DNA of 64,000 nt from Octopus vulgaris (lineage: Eukaryota): positions 81,034,001 to 81,098,000 of the forward strand of contig OX597819.1 in the NCBI GenBank assembly GCA_951406725.2, written 5' to 3'. Shown here piece by piece: positions 28,295 to 40,439 of this stretch (position 1 is its first letter; each line of letters opens with the position of its first letter). The translations under genes were made by a program, and so were the position numbers. Under the pieces are notes generated by a model. The model had not been told where the DNA came from. It did not search any database and worked only from the letters and a program-made list of their open reading frames with translations.

Positions 28295-28509
28295 GACAGA
28301 CAGACGCAAGTCAAATGGGCTCCAAGTAAGTTGGTCATTTTGTACGTTCAAAAGTGTTTATTGTTAAATATTTTGTGTTAAAAAGTTGTGAAACAACATC
28401 CACTGCAAACCTTGACTAATATCTACACAAAATTTCGCCCTTTGTGGGCAAAATTTTAAAAAATTCCCGTAGGCCTCGTGTTGTATTTTAGCCATTTTTA
28501 TTTTCAAAA

Positions 28510-30246
28510 ATGGCTACTGGTCACCACGAGGCTGAGGCGCAACTGAAGCGTGACGCCAAAACGAAAAACCAAGATTTCCTGTCACCAAGCGCTGAACTTG
28601 ACTGTGTAAACACTACTTACACCACCATCGACAACAGCAACAAATACAAAACAAAAGTCGCAAGGCCAAGCACCGCCACCAGTGATTCCACCATCAACAC
28701 CGACACCACCACCATGGCAGCATCTGCTACTACAACTGCTATCTCTGCTAACGACACCACTACCAACAACAATAACAATACCAGCAGCACCATCACCGCC
28801 ACCAAAGACCGTGCCGTCAATGCCTCCCTTACTACTAATACCACCGCCGTCACCAAGAACGACAATAACAACAACAATTCCCTTCAGCCACTGTTCACTC
28901 CATCACCAGCAAGTGAAGGTGAGAAAAAAATAACACCGACAATCAAACGAGCTGCCGAAATTTGCGCTAATGCAGGACCAAATTACGCAGACAATTTTCC
29001 ACCCCTTGCCAGTTGCATAATCAGCAACCACAAACCTAATATACCCACAACCCACCCCCCTGCCATCAACACCAACACCACCAGCAGTAACAACAATAAC
29101 AAAACAACAACAAACTTCGCCGAGGCGATAAAAGAAAAAACAACAAGAGTATCGTTTACTGTACAGCAAATAAAAGACTGCAGAGCCCTGATCACCGAAG
29201 AAAACGGCAAAATACAATTACACATACCACAACACATACTGAATGAGGAAAAAAAGAGAACAATTGTATATAAAATAACAAATAACACAACTAAAAGTCC
29301 AGAAAAAGCAAGCACGGACAAAATAGAAAAGTGCCTACACCCCATCTGGGGACACATGGAGTATGTGACTTGGTCGAACAAGTTCGCCCACGTACAGGTG
29401 GTTTTTCAAAATGAAGAGTTGGCAAAGCAATTCTCAACGCTAACTCTTCATTCAGATGAGCTAACAATGACACCCAGTTACCTTGGTCAGAAGGTGACAA
29501 AGGTCATTATCAATAATGTCCCGCAAGTAACAACCGCCATAACATCCAAAATGGAGGACATAAACATCCTGGATATCACTGTTTCGAAACACAAGGACTG
29601 GGTGGGAAAGAGAATGGAGATTCTCTTCCACATAAGCCAAGATGACAATAACAAAATTCCCACCCACGTACATCTTGCGGATGACCGCAAGTTGTATGTA
29701 GTAGTCGAGGGCAGAAGGCCACGCTGCTATACATGTGGGAGTGAGGCACACCTCAAAAAGGAGTGCAAATCTGCCGCGAAACAACGACAACAACAACAAC
29801 AGCCACAGGAAAAACCACAAAAGCCAGCATTATTGCCCACACCACAATATGGACGGCTAATCAAGAAGCTGTATGCAGAAATGCATGAAAAACAACAAAG
29901 AACGGACCAACCCAACCAAACAACACCACCACCTGCGCCAAGAACAGAATCATCACCACCAACAACAACTAAACCAATTCCAACAACGAAGAAGACAAGC
30001 ACCAAGGATGTAGGAGAAACAATCACCACACCAAACCCCCCAGCAACCCCCCCCCCCCCGCACACCACGACAATATCTACAACCGCACATACAGACCCAG
30101 ATGCTTTACCCTTGCCCGCTGCTGATTCGTCAGACGTTTCATCTAACGATGAAAGTTCGACAGAATGGCAAATAGCCACCGGGGGTAAAAGAAAAAGATA
30201 TAAAAAAACAAACAAGAAAACGCAACCAAAGCAGGGAGATACCTGA
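28510..30246 (+). CDS. Tx1 ORF1 gag-like nucleic-acid-binding protein (probably continued to 30587 in another frame)
   Basis: 578-aa ORF with motif VVVEGRRPRCYTCGSEAHLKKEC (CX2CX4HX4C), T/N- and P/T-rich low-complexity arms and basic WQIATGGKRKR. Confidence 0.85.
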   Translation: MATGHHEAEAQLKRDAKTKNQDFLSPSAELDCVNTTYTTIDNSNKYKTKVARPSTATSDSTINTDTTTMAASATTTAISANDTTTNNNNNTSSTITATKDRAVNASLTTNTTAVTKNDNNNNNSLQPLFTPSPASEGEKKITPTIKRAAEICANAGPNYADNFPPLASCIISNHKPNIPTTHPPAINTNTTSSNNNNKTTTNFAEAIKEKTTRVSFTVQQIKDCRALITEENGKIQLHIPQHILNEEKKRTIVYKITNNTTKSPEKASTDKIEKCLHPIWGHMEYVTWSNKFAHVQVVFQNEELAKQFSTLTLHSDELTMTPSYLGQKVTKVIINNVPQVTTAITSKMEDINILDITVSKHKDWVGKRMEILFHISQDDNNKIPTHVHLADDRKLYVVVEGRRPRCYTCGSEAHLKKECKSAAKQRQQQQQPQEKPQKPALLPTPQYGRLIKKLYAEMHEKQQRTDQPNQTTPPPAPRTESSPPTTTKPIPTTKKTSTKDVGETITTPNPPATPPPPHTTTISTTAHTDPDALPLPAADSSDVSSNDESSTEWQIATGGKRKRYKKTNKKTQPKQGDT

Positions 30247-30637
30247 ACCCTGAAAGCTCCATACACAACCAAACAAGCACCAACACCACAAAAACACACA
30301 CAATGCTATCAGCGATAGACACAAAAGACTCCAAACTAATGGAGTACATCACAGCCCACACAAACATCTGTGAAGATGACTTCAAAACTAACAACCATCC
30401 ACGCACTACACCACCCAAACACATCAAAATACTACACATCATACAAACACAACACCACACACTCAAAGCCCTCTTTCCAAATGCGGTTGGGGGGTTCCAA
30501 AAATACCTTTCGCAAAAACTCTATAAAAACCTCCTCCAAGACACATCAAAGAACGAGGAAGCCAAAACTTTCGACACAAGTAAGTAACTCTCTGTACTTT
30601 CCTTTTTGTGTTTTAAAGAACACACCCCAATAGAATC

Positions 30638-33600
30638 ATGGTCAAGATTGGTTGTGTGAATGCGCGTGGCTTGGGGTCTCTTTGGAAACAAGGATACCTC
30701 CTAAATGACATCAGGTCACACGATTTGGGAATCATAGCCATAAGTGAGACCAGACTCCACGAGCCACGGGCCCTAAAGTCCATGTTTGACGGACAGTTTA
30801 ACATTTATTTTGCTCCCTGTCTGCCGAGGATGGGCGGTAGTGGCACCGCGGTACTTTTTCACAAGAGCCTGGATCTCGAAGTCAAGACGATATTCGTAGA
30901 CCCGGAGAGTAGACTGGTCGTTCTGGATGTCGACGGCAGCAATGCAAGTGCTTTTCGACTAGTATCAGTCTACGCGCCGCCTTTAACTGGTCGGCCGGAT
31001 TTCTTTCAACGTCTAGAAGTATTCCTGGGAACGTCTCGTCCTTTACTTTTAGTGGGGGATTGGACACGCATCTAGACTATGTGGGGAGAGACAAAAACAG
31101 AAGGGGATGCAAATGCCTCAGAGACCTGCTCAGACGATTCCAACTGTCTGACAGGTACCGACTCGACCACCCAAATGCACCAACGTGGACATGGAGCAAC
31201 CGCAGTGGGTCGTCGAGATCGTATCTAGATAGAATACTGTGTAGGACAGTAGGCAGGGATAGCTTAGGATGTCCACAATTCCACACAGTCAGCTACACGG
31301 ATCACAAATTCGTGACGTGTACGCTAGACTTAGATAAGGCACATAGACAGGGCCCTGGTTACTGGAAACTGAACGCATCATTCCCGTCCAGACAAGTTTT
31401 CAGAGACAGAATCAACACGTTAGTAAAAAGGGCTTTAACGGGAGCCATTGTCAACGACAAATGGTGGTTCGTCCTCAAGAGAGCAGTAAAAGCGGAAGCA
31501 ATTAGATATAGCAAGGCACTAGCCGTAGATAGAAATAGAGTAGAGGGTGAGTTAGTTAAGAAGTTAGAAGAGGCAATAAGAAGCGGCATCACATCCGACG
31601 TTTTAGCGGCGAGGTTGGCCCTTGACCAACACTCCAACGCCAAACACGAAGGGTGTGCTGTCAGGGCTAGGATGCGTGCTCTAAGGATGGAAGGTGTTGG
31701 AGCCGCGAGGGAGGCCCGGGTGGCGGAGGCGCAGCAGGGCAACAAAACCACCATTCGGTCTCTGGTAGATGAACAAGGGCGCGAATTGCTCGAGCCCAGC
31801 AAGATGTGCAAGACATTTCAGCAGCACTTTGCCCGACTGTACGGGACGAGTGGTGAGCGTGAACGCAGGGTGGACTTCAGTGCCTACCTGCACAGCCTAC
31901 CACGACTCTCGGCAAGAGAGGCAGAGTGCTGCGAAGGTGCCATCACGGTGGCGGAAGTGCGGGACGCGATAGCAGAATGCTCGAGGGACAAATCGCCGGG
32001 TTTGGATGGTCTGCCCTACGAGTTTTACAATTGTATGCCAGACTTGTTTGGAAACGTCTTGGCAGCGGTATACTGCATCTGACAGCAAAACGGGAGCATA
32101 CCCGGTTTTGTGAGTCGAGGAGCCGTAACGCTGTTGAAGAAAGATCCAAACAAGGGAAACATTATAGATAACTTTAGACCAATCACTCTGCTCAATGCAG
32201 ACCTGAAAATTTTGACAAAGGTGTTAGCCAAGAGGTTGGCGCTTGTCATCGAGAAACTGGTCGACAACGCACAAACGTGCGCCGTGCCGGGCCGGAGCAA
32301 CCATGACAACCTCCATCTGATGCGCTACATCATAGACAGAATAGTTAAGGAACCTGGCATGGGTGGGGCCCTGATCAACTTGGATCAATCGAAAGCCTTC
32401 GATACTTGGAGGCAGTCCTGAGAGCAGCTGGTTTCGGTCCCGTCTTCCGCGGCTGGATAGCTGCCTTGTACAGAGGCATCCGTTCGGTAATTCGCATAAA
32501 TGGACATCTATCGAGACCTTTCGACATTGCACGTTCGGTCCGTCAGGGATGCCCCCTCTCGGCGCTTCTATATGTATTGACTCTTGAGCCACTACTGCGG
32601 AAGCTGGCGACTCTGAGGGGCATCCCGCGAGAATTGGGATGCGGGACGAGCGTGTCTGCATACGCGGACGACGTCACCGTCATAGTGTCAAGCCACGAGC
32701 ACATCGAGCTGGTCGGCGAGACACTGAAAGACTACGAAGCGGTGACAGGAGCAAAAATCAACCGGGAAAAGTCAGTGGGCTTGCGGCTCGGCACCTGGAG
32801 AAGCAAGCTCATACCGTCCATCAGTACCTCCGTCGTGGGACGTTGGACGGACGGCCCGGTTGAGTTGCTCGGGGACCTCCAAATGGAGAAGAACTGGAAC
32901 GAGATAACGAGTAGGGTGGTCACTCTCGCCCAGCAATGGGCCGAGAGGAAACTGTCCCTAAAAGGTCGGGCGGAGGTGGCGAACACGTACATCGCGTCCA
33001 TCATCTACAACCGCCTGACCGTCGTACCTTGTCCCGACCCTACCATCACCAAACTAGAACGCATTCTCTTCCGCTTCTTGTGGAAAGGATGCGTCCCGAT
33101 GGTCAGGCGATCCATTTGCTGTCAACACCCGTTAAAAGGAGGGCTGGGTATGCCGTGGTTGATGATGCGCAGACACGCACTGAGACTGCGACATCTCCGG
33201 CTCTATGTAGACGACGGTGAACAGGTGTGGTCGCCGTTTGTGAGGCACGCGTTCCCGCAGCTCGTCTCCATGACCGAACTGCAGTTGTGGATCAAAAAGA
33301 GGCCGAGGAAGGGCGAATGGCACCGCGAGTGTCGTGTTGCTCTCAAGCAACTCTGCCGTCCCGGGTCGACCTTGAGTGACTTCATCACGACCAAAGCATT
33401 CTATAGGGGATTAGTGGAGGGGAGGTACGACGACGATCTTGGGGCAAACCTGGGCGTCGACGAGGAATACCTGACCCGCCTGTTTGAAACGACTTTCCCG
33501 GCCGGGATCTATGGACAACTTCCAGAGATCCCTGGCCTGGCAGCGCTACCCGTTGGGGATAGAGCCATGCTCTATAGGCATGGCTCGAGAAACACGGGGC

Positions 33601-34016
33601 CGAGATGCGGGCAGAGCGACGAAACCGCTCTGCACGCAATCGTGCAGTGTCCAACAATCTCCGACTTGTGGGCTTATGTCGAACGACTGCTGTCACGTGT
33701 GGGACGTGTCGGTTTATCAGCCGAATCTATCGTTAATATCGTCACGCCTCCTTCCTTCAAACGGGAAGGAAGAGCTATTTTTATCATACTTGTGGCTATG
33801 GCGAAAGAATGTATCTGGTGGACGCGCCTGAAAGGATTAGAGACAAATACTTTCCTCTCTGGTCAATCTCTCATCAACTTCTTCAAGTATCACTTGAAGA
33901 GGAAAGTGAGAGTAGAGAGGCAAGTTTTGTCTAGTGAATGTTTTAAAAAAAGATGGGTGAATGTAGCAAGGATGGCACGTATGAATGACGAAGCCACCTT
34001 GACTATGATTCTATGA
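30638..34016 (+). pseudogene. Tx1 ORF2 (APE endonuclease + reverse transcriptase + zinc finger), broken by frameshifts and a stop
   Basis: EN motifs VNARGL, ISET, SVYAP, GDW, SYLDRI, TDHK; WKLN; KSPGLDGLP; FRPITLLNADLKIL; DQSKAFD; VRQGCPLS; YADD; RCGQSDETALHAIVQC. Lesions near 31058, 32080 (TGA), 32403 and ~33500-33550. Confidence 0.92.
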
Positions 34017-35063
34017 ACCGTAAAAATTAATACAGAGAGTTGCTTATTTGCAAAATAAAAAAAAAAAGAAATATAACATGTGACTTCATTGACCGAGGTT
34101 ACCGTGGTCTTTTCCATAAGCTTTTCTTTCCACGGGTAAACCTCACCTGTCCTCCCCTTTACACTCCATATTGACATTTCTGTGATAACGATCCCTATTG
34201 ATCAAATCCCTCGCCCCCTTTTTTTAATTTTATTTTATCCCCCCCCTTTTTTTGTCTTCTTTCTTTCCATTTACGATCCCTTTTGATCGAGAACCAAACC
34301 CCCTTCTTTTACCCCCAAAAGAAAAGCTCTACCTTGTAATTTTGTCCTGTCTGTGTGCAGCCCTGTGTGGCTAATAAAGAAACATATCTATCTATCTTTG
34401 GGAAGGGACTTCCCCCTAACTTTGTTAAAAATGCACATTTTTAATCGAATTTTTTTTCCCTGGAGATAGTGACATTCTTCAAGGGTGTAGATTGGGGTTA
34501 TCCCAATAAAAATTGTTAAAGGAGTTTTCTAAAGAAATGAAATCAATGGAGTAAATTTCTGTATTCCTGTAACTTTATTGGAAATGCCTATTTTGTTTCT
34601 TGTTTCTTTGAATGTAATTTTCCGGAGTTACGTTTTCGAGGGTGTAAAGTACGATTATTTTTGTAAGTTTGAAAATATATGTATTTCTTTTTATCGTAGT
34701 CTACACAATCGAAAATATATGTTGGAAAAATTTCACTAAGAGAACATGCATTTAACAAAGTCGGGTGGATAGGGGAGGATATTCTAAAATATATCTTTTT
34801 TCTAAATCTACACCACTTAAAGTGTATCTTTCGAAAATTTTACTTAAAACGTGCACTTTAAAGAAAGTTATAAGGAAACAAAGGCAAGAGGAGGCATTTC
34901 AATAGGTCATCTCTCTCTCTCTTTCTCTGCACCCTAACCACATAGTTCCGAGTTCAATTGCCTGCGCGGCACCTTGGAAAAGTGTCTCCTACTATAGCCT
35001 CGAGCAGACCAAAGCCTTGTGAGTGGGTTTGGTAGATGGAAAGTGAAAGAAGCCCGTCTTGTA

Positions 35064-35133
<70 letters not shown>

Positions 35134-35899
35134 TGTGATCTGTGTATGTCTGCGTCTGTGTGAGTATAAAAAGATTCGAGTAAAAACTCTGTAGGATGCT
35201 ATGCAAAGCTCGTCCGTAGTTATTGGCTACCTGATGTCATCATACAGTGGAAATCCTCTTGCTATTGGATATACATCAAGAATTCCATAGCACCCATAGA
35301 GTTTATATAAACAGATAAATGATAGAAAATGGAATACAATTCTTTCGACGCATTTTTACTCGCAAATTACATTGGTGCGATGTCTTGTAATCATTATTAT
35401 CACTCACACTCTTACCTCTGCACCTTTCAATAAAAGTCCGCAGCAGCATCATTTCTCTTGCGCAGGTACACACAGTCTGTTATTGAATCATGCACACGCT
35501 CTCTTAACGCTGACCTAAACTCAATACGCACGAAGCCTATACACACAAAAGCCGACACTGCTCGAAGCCCAAACTGCAAGCACTGCACACAAGTGACATT
35601 ACATGCTATTCGAATCCACTCGAATGGGCCACTGCAGTCCCGTATCCATCACTTAAGATTCTTTCTCATGATACCAATGATTTTTCTGGCCTTTGGTCAC
35701 ATCCACCTGTACACTTTACTTTTTCTTCTCGTCTCAATACGAAGATAAAATGACCCCACTTCATGCCAGTATACATTTTCATCTCTAGCCAAACATTCAT
35801 ACATAAGCACACTTCTAATATTCAGCATTACAGCTGTAATGTCATTATGTAAATAAATGTGCTCCATTGAACACTAAATATTGCTACTTGGTTTTTATT

Positions 35900-36800
35900 T
35901 GCGGAAACAACACGCAGCCTGAACAAATATCATCACCCACTTGATCAAGCTACAAGAATAATCACTTTTGAATTGCTGAGAAGTGAAATACAAAATAAGA
36001 TTCATCAGGCACACCAAGATATTTTAATAGGGAAGTAGAAAGCCAGAGATGTACTGTTTTTGCCTGGCATGAATTCGCAGATTGAGTAAGCAATTGAAAA
36101 ATGTACAATATGTGCCAAGTTCAGAACAAACAACGCTAAAGACTCATAACTGCCTAATGAGATACCAGAACGTCCTCGGTCAATGTCGATTTATTCTCAA
36201 CTAACGGTGATGACTACATTTTTCATAGTTGACTACCATTCCAAATTTGCTGAAGTTATGCAATAAAGAGATCAAACCAGCATTACAGTTGCAAACGAGC
36301 TGAAAGCAGTCTTTGACGAACGAGAAATACAAGGTATTCCGATTTGAGATGACGCTTTACAATGAAGAATTCAAAAATGTTCCCAAGACGTGGGACTTTC
36401 ACCATATCACATCCAGTCCACGCTTCCTACAATCGAATTGAAAAACCGAGATTTTAGGGAAAGCTATGAAAATACGGATAAAAAATGTAATGGGGAAAAT
36501 AAAGATCCCTTTTAGGCACTGCCAGACTTATGAAATACTCCAGTAGACATTTTTCGTAGTTAGACGATAACTCTATTTACATCTCGTCAGTTGTTGTACC
36601 ATTGTGCAGGATTTCCATCGGACATTCTCGAGCCCCAAAGGATGATAAAGAAATATTGCAGCCTACAGACAGGAGAGACACTCATATCGTTAGAGCCTGC
36701 TGATCATATACGAGTATAAGTAAAGGACAAAACATAGCTACCAGCAACTGGCAAAGACAAAAATGATAAATCAAGATCGAACTGACGACACATTCGAGCA
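35900..36800 (+). mobile_element. Gypsy integrase relic
   Basis: IHQAHQ..ARDVLFLPGMNSQIE..CTIC, VDYHSKFAEV, HITSSPRFLQSN, with many stops. Confidence 0.75.
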
Positions 36801-37589
36801 TCAAAATAGGCAGATAATCAATTCAAACAGTGAGAAGCATGTCTGTTTTATGATTCAAACTGAGAAACCAACTGCAATCGACTTAGTTGAATAGCTTATT
36901 CCAAATGAGTTAGCCCCAGAAGCTGGCTGTAAAGGAACGTGCACTCGTACACACACGCGCGCGCGCACTAGGTGCAGGGGAGACACCAACATTTTAATCC
37001 ATCCATTCATGCATTAGCGGTTAAATGCAGATACTTGTTTGGTGTTTGGTGGGAAAAGGATCGCCAAAAATTGCAAGACGAAAAGGGTTCGAAAGAATAA
37101 CCATACAACATCATCCGTTGCGCGGCTTAACTAGAGACGGGATCAGGTTTTAGGTAAAGTCGGTTCGAAAAATATATTGCAGTCTTCATCCAATGTCGTT
37201 ACAATCTACAATAAACCTGCAACTTGTTCCGGAAGGTGTTGGTTGGAGAAACAAAGAATACGTGTTTCAGGAACCCGAAGCGAGTCGAGGAGGTAACAAC
37301 CGTTAATAATTAGGAATTAGAATTTTAATTACTCAATATTAAATATAGAATGCAGTGGAAGTGAGTCTGGACTATAGATGCCCAGTGACACATACGGACA
37401 TCTAAAGAATTCTCTTTGTGTGTTGATGGCCTAACATACAGACAATATACTGCCTAGACCTAGCTTCTGTAAACCATCGCTATTTTTTCTTTTCGCCGTT
37501 ACCACCATGATAACACAACATGGTCTTGTTTTCGTGTTCGTCCAAATACATTATCTGGTGTAGCAACGCCATCTGCTCTCCTGTTTATA

Positions 37590-38131
37590 TTGGGTTGTCC
37601 GGAAAGTTCGTGCAGATTTATAGTAGCTTACCTTTCGACTTATTTTAGAACATGGTTGAGTCCATAAAATAGGACAGTTTAAGCTATCTTTTCGTGGAAG
37701 AAGATTTATGTTCCTCTTACTTGTGTTAATTATGTAAATCTTTAAAATAGAAGATAAGAAAGTTCATTTTCGGCACTTGATGCTTTGGGAACTAGAGAAA
37801 AATTGCTGCAGCTCGGCTGGGATGTGTTACCTCACCCTCTATATTCACCAAATATTGCTCCTTCGGATTTCCACTTATTCAGTTCTCTGCAGAATAGTCT
37901 TAATGGTAAAAATTTCAATTCCTTGGATGACGTAAAAAGATACCTTAATGAATTCTTTGCCATGAAACCACTTCAATTCCGGGGAAGAGGGTATTTTCAA
38001 ATTAAAGGAAAGATGTAGATGCATTGTGCAATAAAATGGTTCATATTTGGTTAATTAAAAATGTAATGGCAAGTATTTATTGACCTTTTTCTTTCCTTTA
38101 AAAATCGGCACGAACTTTCCGGACAACCCAA
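37590..38131 (+). mobile_element. Non-autonomous mariner element (internally deleted)
   Basis: TIRs TTGGGTTGTCCGGAAAGTTCGTGC / GCACGAACTTTCCGGACAACCCAA flanked by TA. The transposase N-terminus (KVHFRHLML) is fused to the C-terminus (GWDVLPHPLYSPNIAPSDFHLF). Confidence 0.93.
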
Positions 38132-39034
38132 TATTTTCCTTGGAAATGTTCTAGCGTAATATTAACCTCTGTTAGAGTCATCAGTCTCGGAGAGACTACA
38201 TAGGTTATGTGCCCTTTAACAGTCACCTTTCCTTCTTTTTTACTGCCTTATGAAAAGAAACAGCATGCTACAAAAATTCTAGAAAAGCTCGTTTTATAAA
38301 TGTCAAAATGTTACGAAAGGGGTTAAAGTTATACGTAGTAGGTAATACGACAAAAGTACTCGATCTCCATATATTTATGTATAATGAATTAAGCAACTAA
38401 ATAACCTTTAGTGTTTTGAAATAAACAATCTACAGTATTTCGAACAAGACTAGAAATTGGCCTGATGGTATAAATTATGTGGAAAGTTATTTCCCTTGAA
38501 AAATGTTTGTTGTAATAACAGAGTTCTTTCCCTTGAACTATTATATTTTTGTGATTTTTAAATATTTTATTTTCGTATTTAAGATTTAAATAACGATAGC
38601 AAGTCTTGGACAAGGTTGCAAAAGAAGACGAAATGATACTGATACAAACTAGCTAATTGGTAGATTCATTCATTGATTCATGGTCTCTTCTACTTGTTTT
38701 ACTCATTGAAATGCGGGCATGCTGGGGCACTTTCTTGAAGGGCTTAGTCGACCAAAATCGACGACACTACACATTCAATGGATCTCTGTCTCTCTCCTTG
38801 TGTCTTCCCTTTGTTTGTCTGTCTATCTGTCCGTCTCTCTCTCTATGTATGTATGTATGTATGTATGTATGTATGTGTTTGCCTTTCATCCTTTCGGGGT
38901 CGATTAAATAAGTACCAGTTACGCACTGGGGTCGATATAATCGACTTAATCCGTTTGTTTGTCCTTGTTTGTCCCCTCTGTGTTTAGCCCCTTGTGGGTA
39001 GTAAAGAAATAATATATATGTGTGTGTGTGTGTG

Positions 39035-39235
39035 TGTGGAGGCGCAATGGCCCAGTGGTTAGGGCAGCGGAATCGCAGGACGTAGGATCGCGGTTTCGAT
39101 TCCCAGACCGGGCGTTGTGAGTGTTTATTGAGCGAAGACACCTAAAGTTCAACGAGGCTCCGGCAGGGGGTGGTGGCGATCCCTGCTGTACTCTTTCGCC
39201 ACAGCTTTCTCTCACTCTTCCTTCTGTTGGCCGGC
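39035..39235 (+). mobile_element. SINE family C, 5' part
   Basis: TGTGGAGGCGCAATGGCCCAGTGGTTAGGGCAGCGG..GTTTCGATTCC. Confidence 0.8.
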
Positions 39236-39393
39236 TATATATATATATATGTATACACATATATATATACACACACATATATATATATACACATATATAT
39301 ATATATACACACATATATATACATATATATATATATACATATATATACATACATATATATATACATATATATATATATACACATATATACATA

Positions 39394-39425
<32 letters not shown>

Positions 39426-39529
39426 CATATATATACACACATATATATATACATATATATATACACATATATATATATACGTATACATATATATACATAT
39501 ACATATACACATATATATATATACGTATA

Positions 39530-39895
39530 CAGGAGTGGCTGTGTGGTAAGTAGCATCTTGGGCAAGTGTCTTCTGCTATATAGCCCCAGGCCGGGCAATG
39601 CCTTGTGAGTGGATTTGGTAGACGGAAACTGAAAGAAGCCTGTCGTATATATGTATATATATATATATGTCTGTGTGTGGGTTTGTGTGTCTGTGTTTGT
39701 TCCCCTAGCATTGCTTGACAACCGATGCTGGTGTGTTTACGTCCCCGTCACTTAGCGGTTCGGCAAAAAGAGACCGATAGAATAAGTACTGGGCTTACAA
39801 AAAGAATAAGTCCCGGAGTCGAGTTGCTCGACTAAAGGCGGTGCTCCAGCATGGCCGCAGTCAAATGACTGAAACAAGTAAAAGAGTAAAGAGAA
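39530..39895 (+). mobile_element. SINE family A copy (young)
   Basis: High identity to 44015-44423 with a deletion in the head. Confidence 0.88.
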
Positions 39896-39896
39896 T

Positions 39897-39928
<32 letters not shown>

Positions 39929-39962
39929 GTACATATATATACATATATATACTATATATATA

Positions 39963-40030
<68 letters not shown>

Positions 40031-40439
40031 TACAAAATGGCTGACGGTTAGTAAGGAGAGACACAAATACGAAAGAAGAAAACAAAGGACCTCTGATGCG
40101 GTCACAGGAGTGTGACGAAAGAACTCTGGCCGAAATAAGATTAAGATTAATGTAAAAAATAAATATCACTGAAGCAAAATAACACCAAATATATAGTGCG
40201 TGTGTTTTTATTGGCTAAACTGGCAATATGACCATTCCGAAATATAACAATATATATATATATATATATAGTTATACATATATATTTGTATACTTACATG
40301 TGTGTGTGTGTGTGTGTATAAATATTGAACGAAGTTGTAGCCTTTATGCGCAAACTAATGTCAATTTGAAGCGTGTTGAAAACATTGGTTTAAGCCCACA
40401 CATTACAAAGCTATTTAGCAATATGCTATATCATGTTAG

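Larger units (their letters stand above)
28295..34397 (+). mobile_element. Full-length, disrupted Tx1-clade (L1-like) non-LTR retrotransposon
   Basis: Short 5' UTR, ORF1 with CCHC knuckle, ORF2 with APE endonuclease, RT and C-terminal zinc finger, pyrimidine-rich 3' UTR ending AATAAAGAAACA(TATC)n. Confidence 0.93.

Noticed and set aside
28617-34177. Numerous antisense and alternative-frame ORFs inside the Tx1 element
   Set aside because: Shadows of ORF1/ORF2 composition.
34410-34780. Possible MITE (CTTTGTTAAAAATGCA ... TGCATTTAACAAAG)
   Set aside because: Short imperfect inverted match, no clear TSD, single copy in the window.
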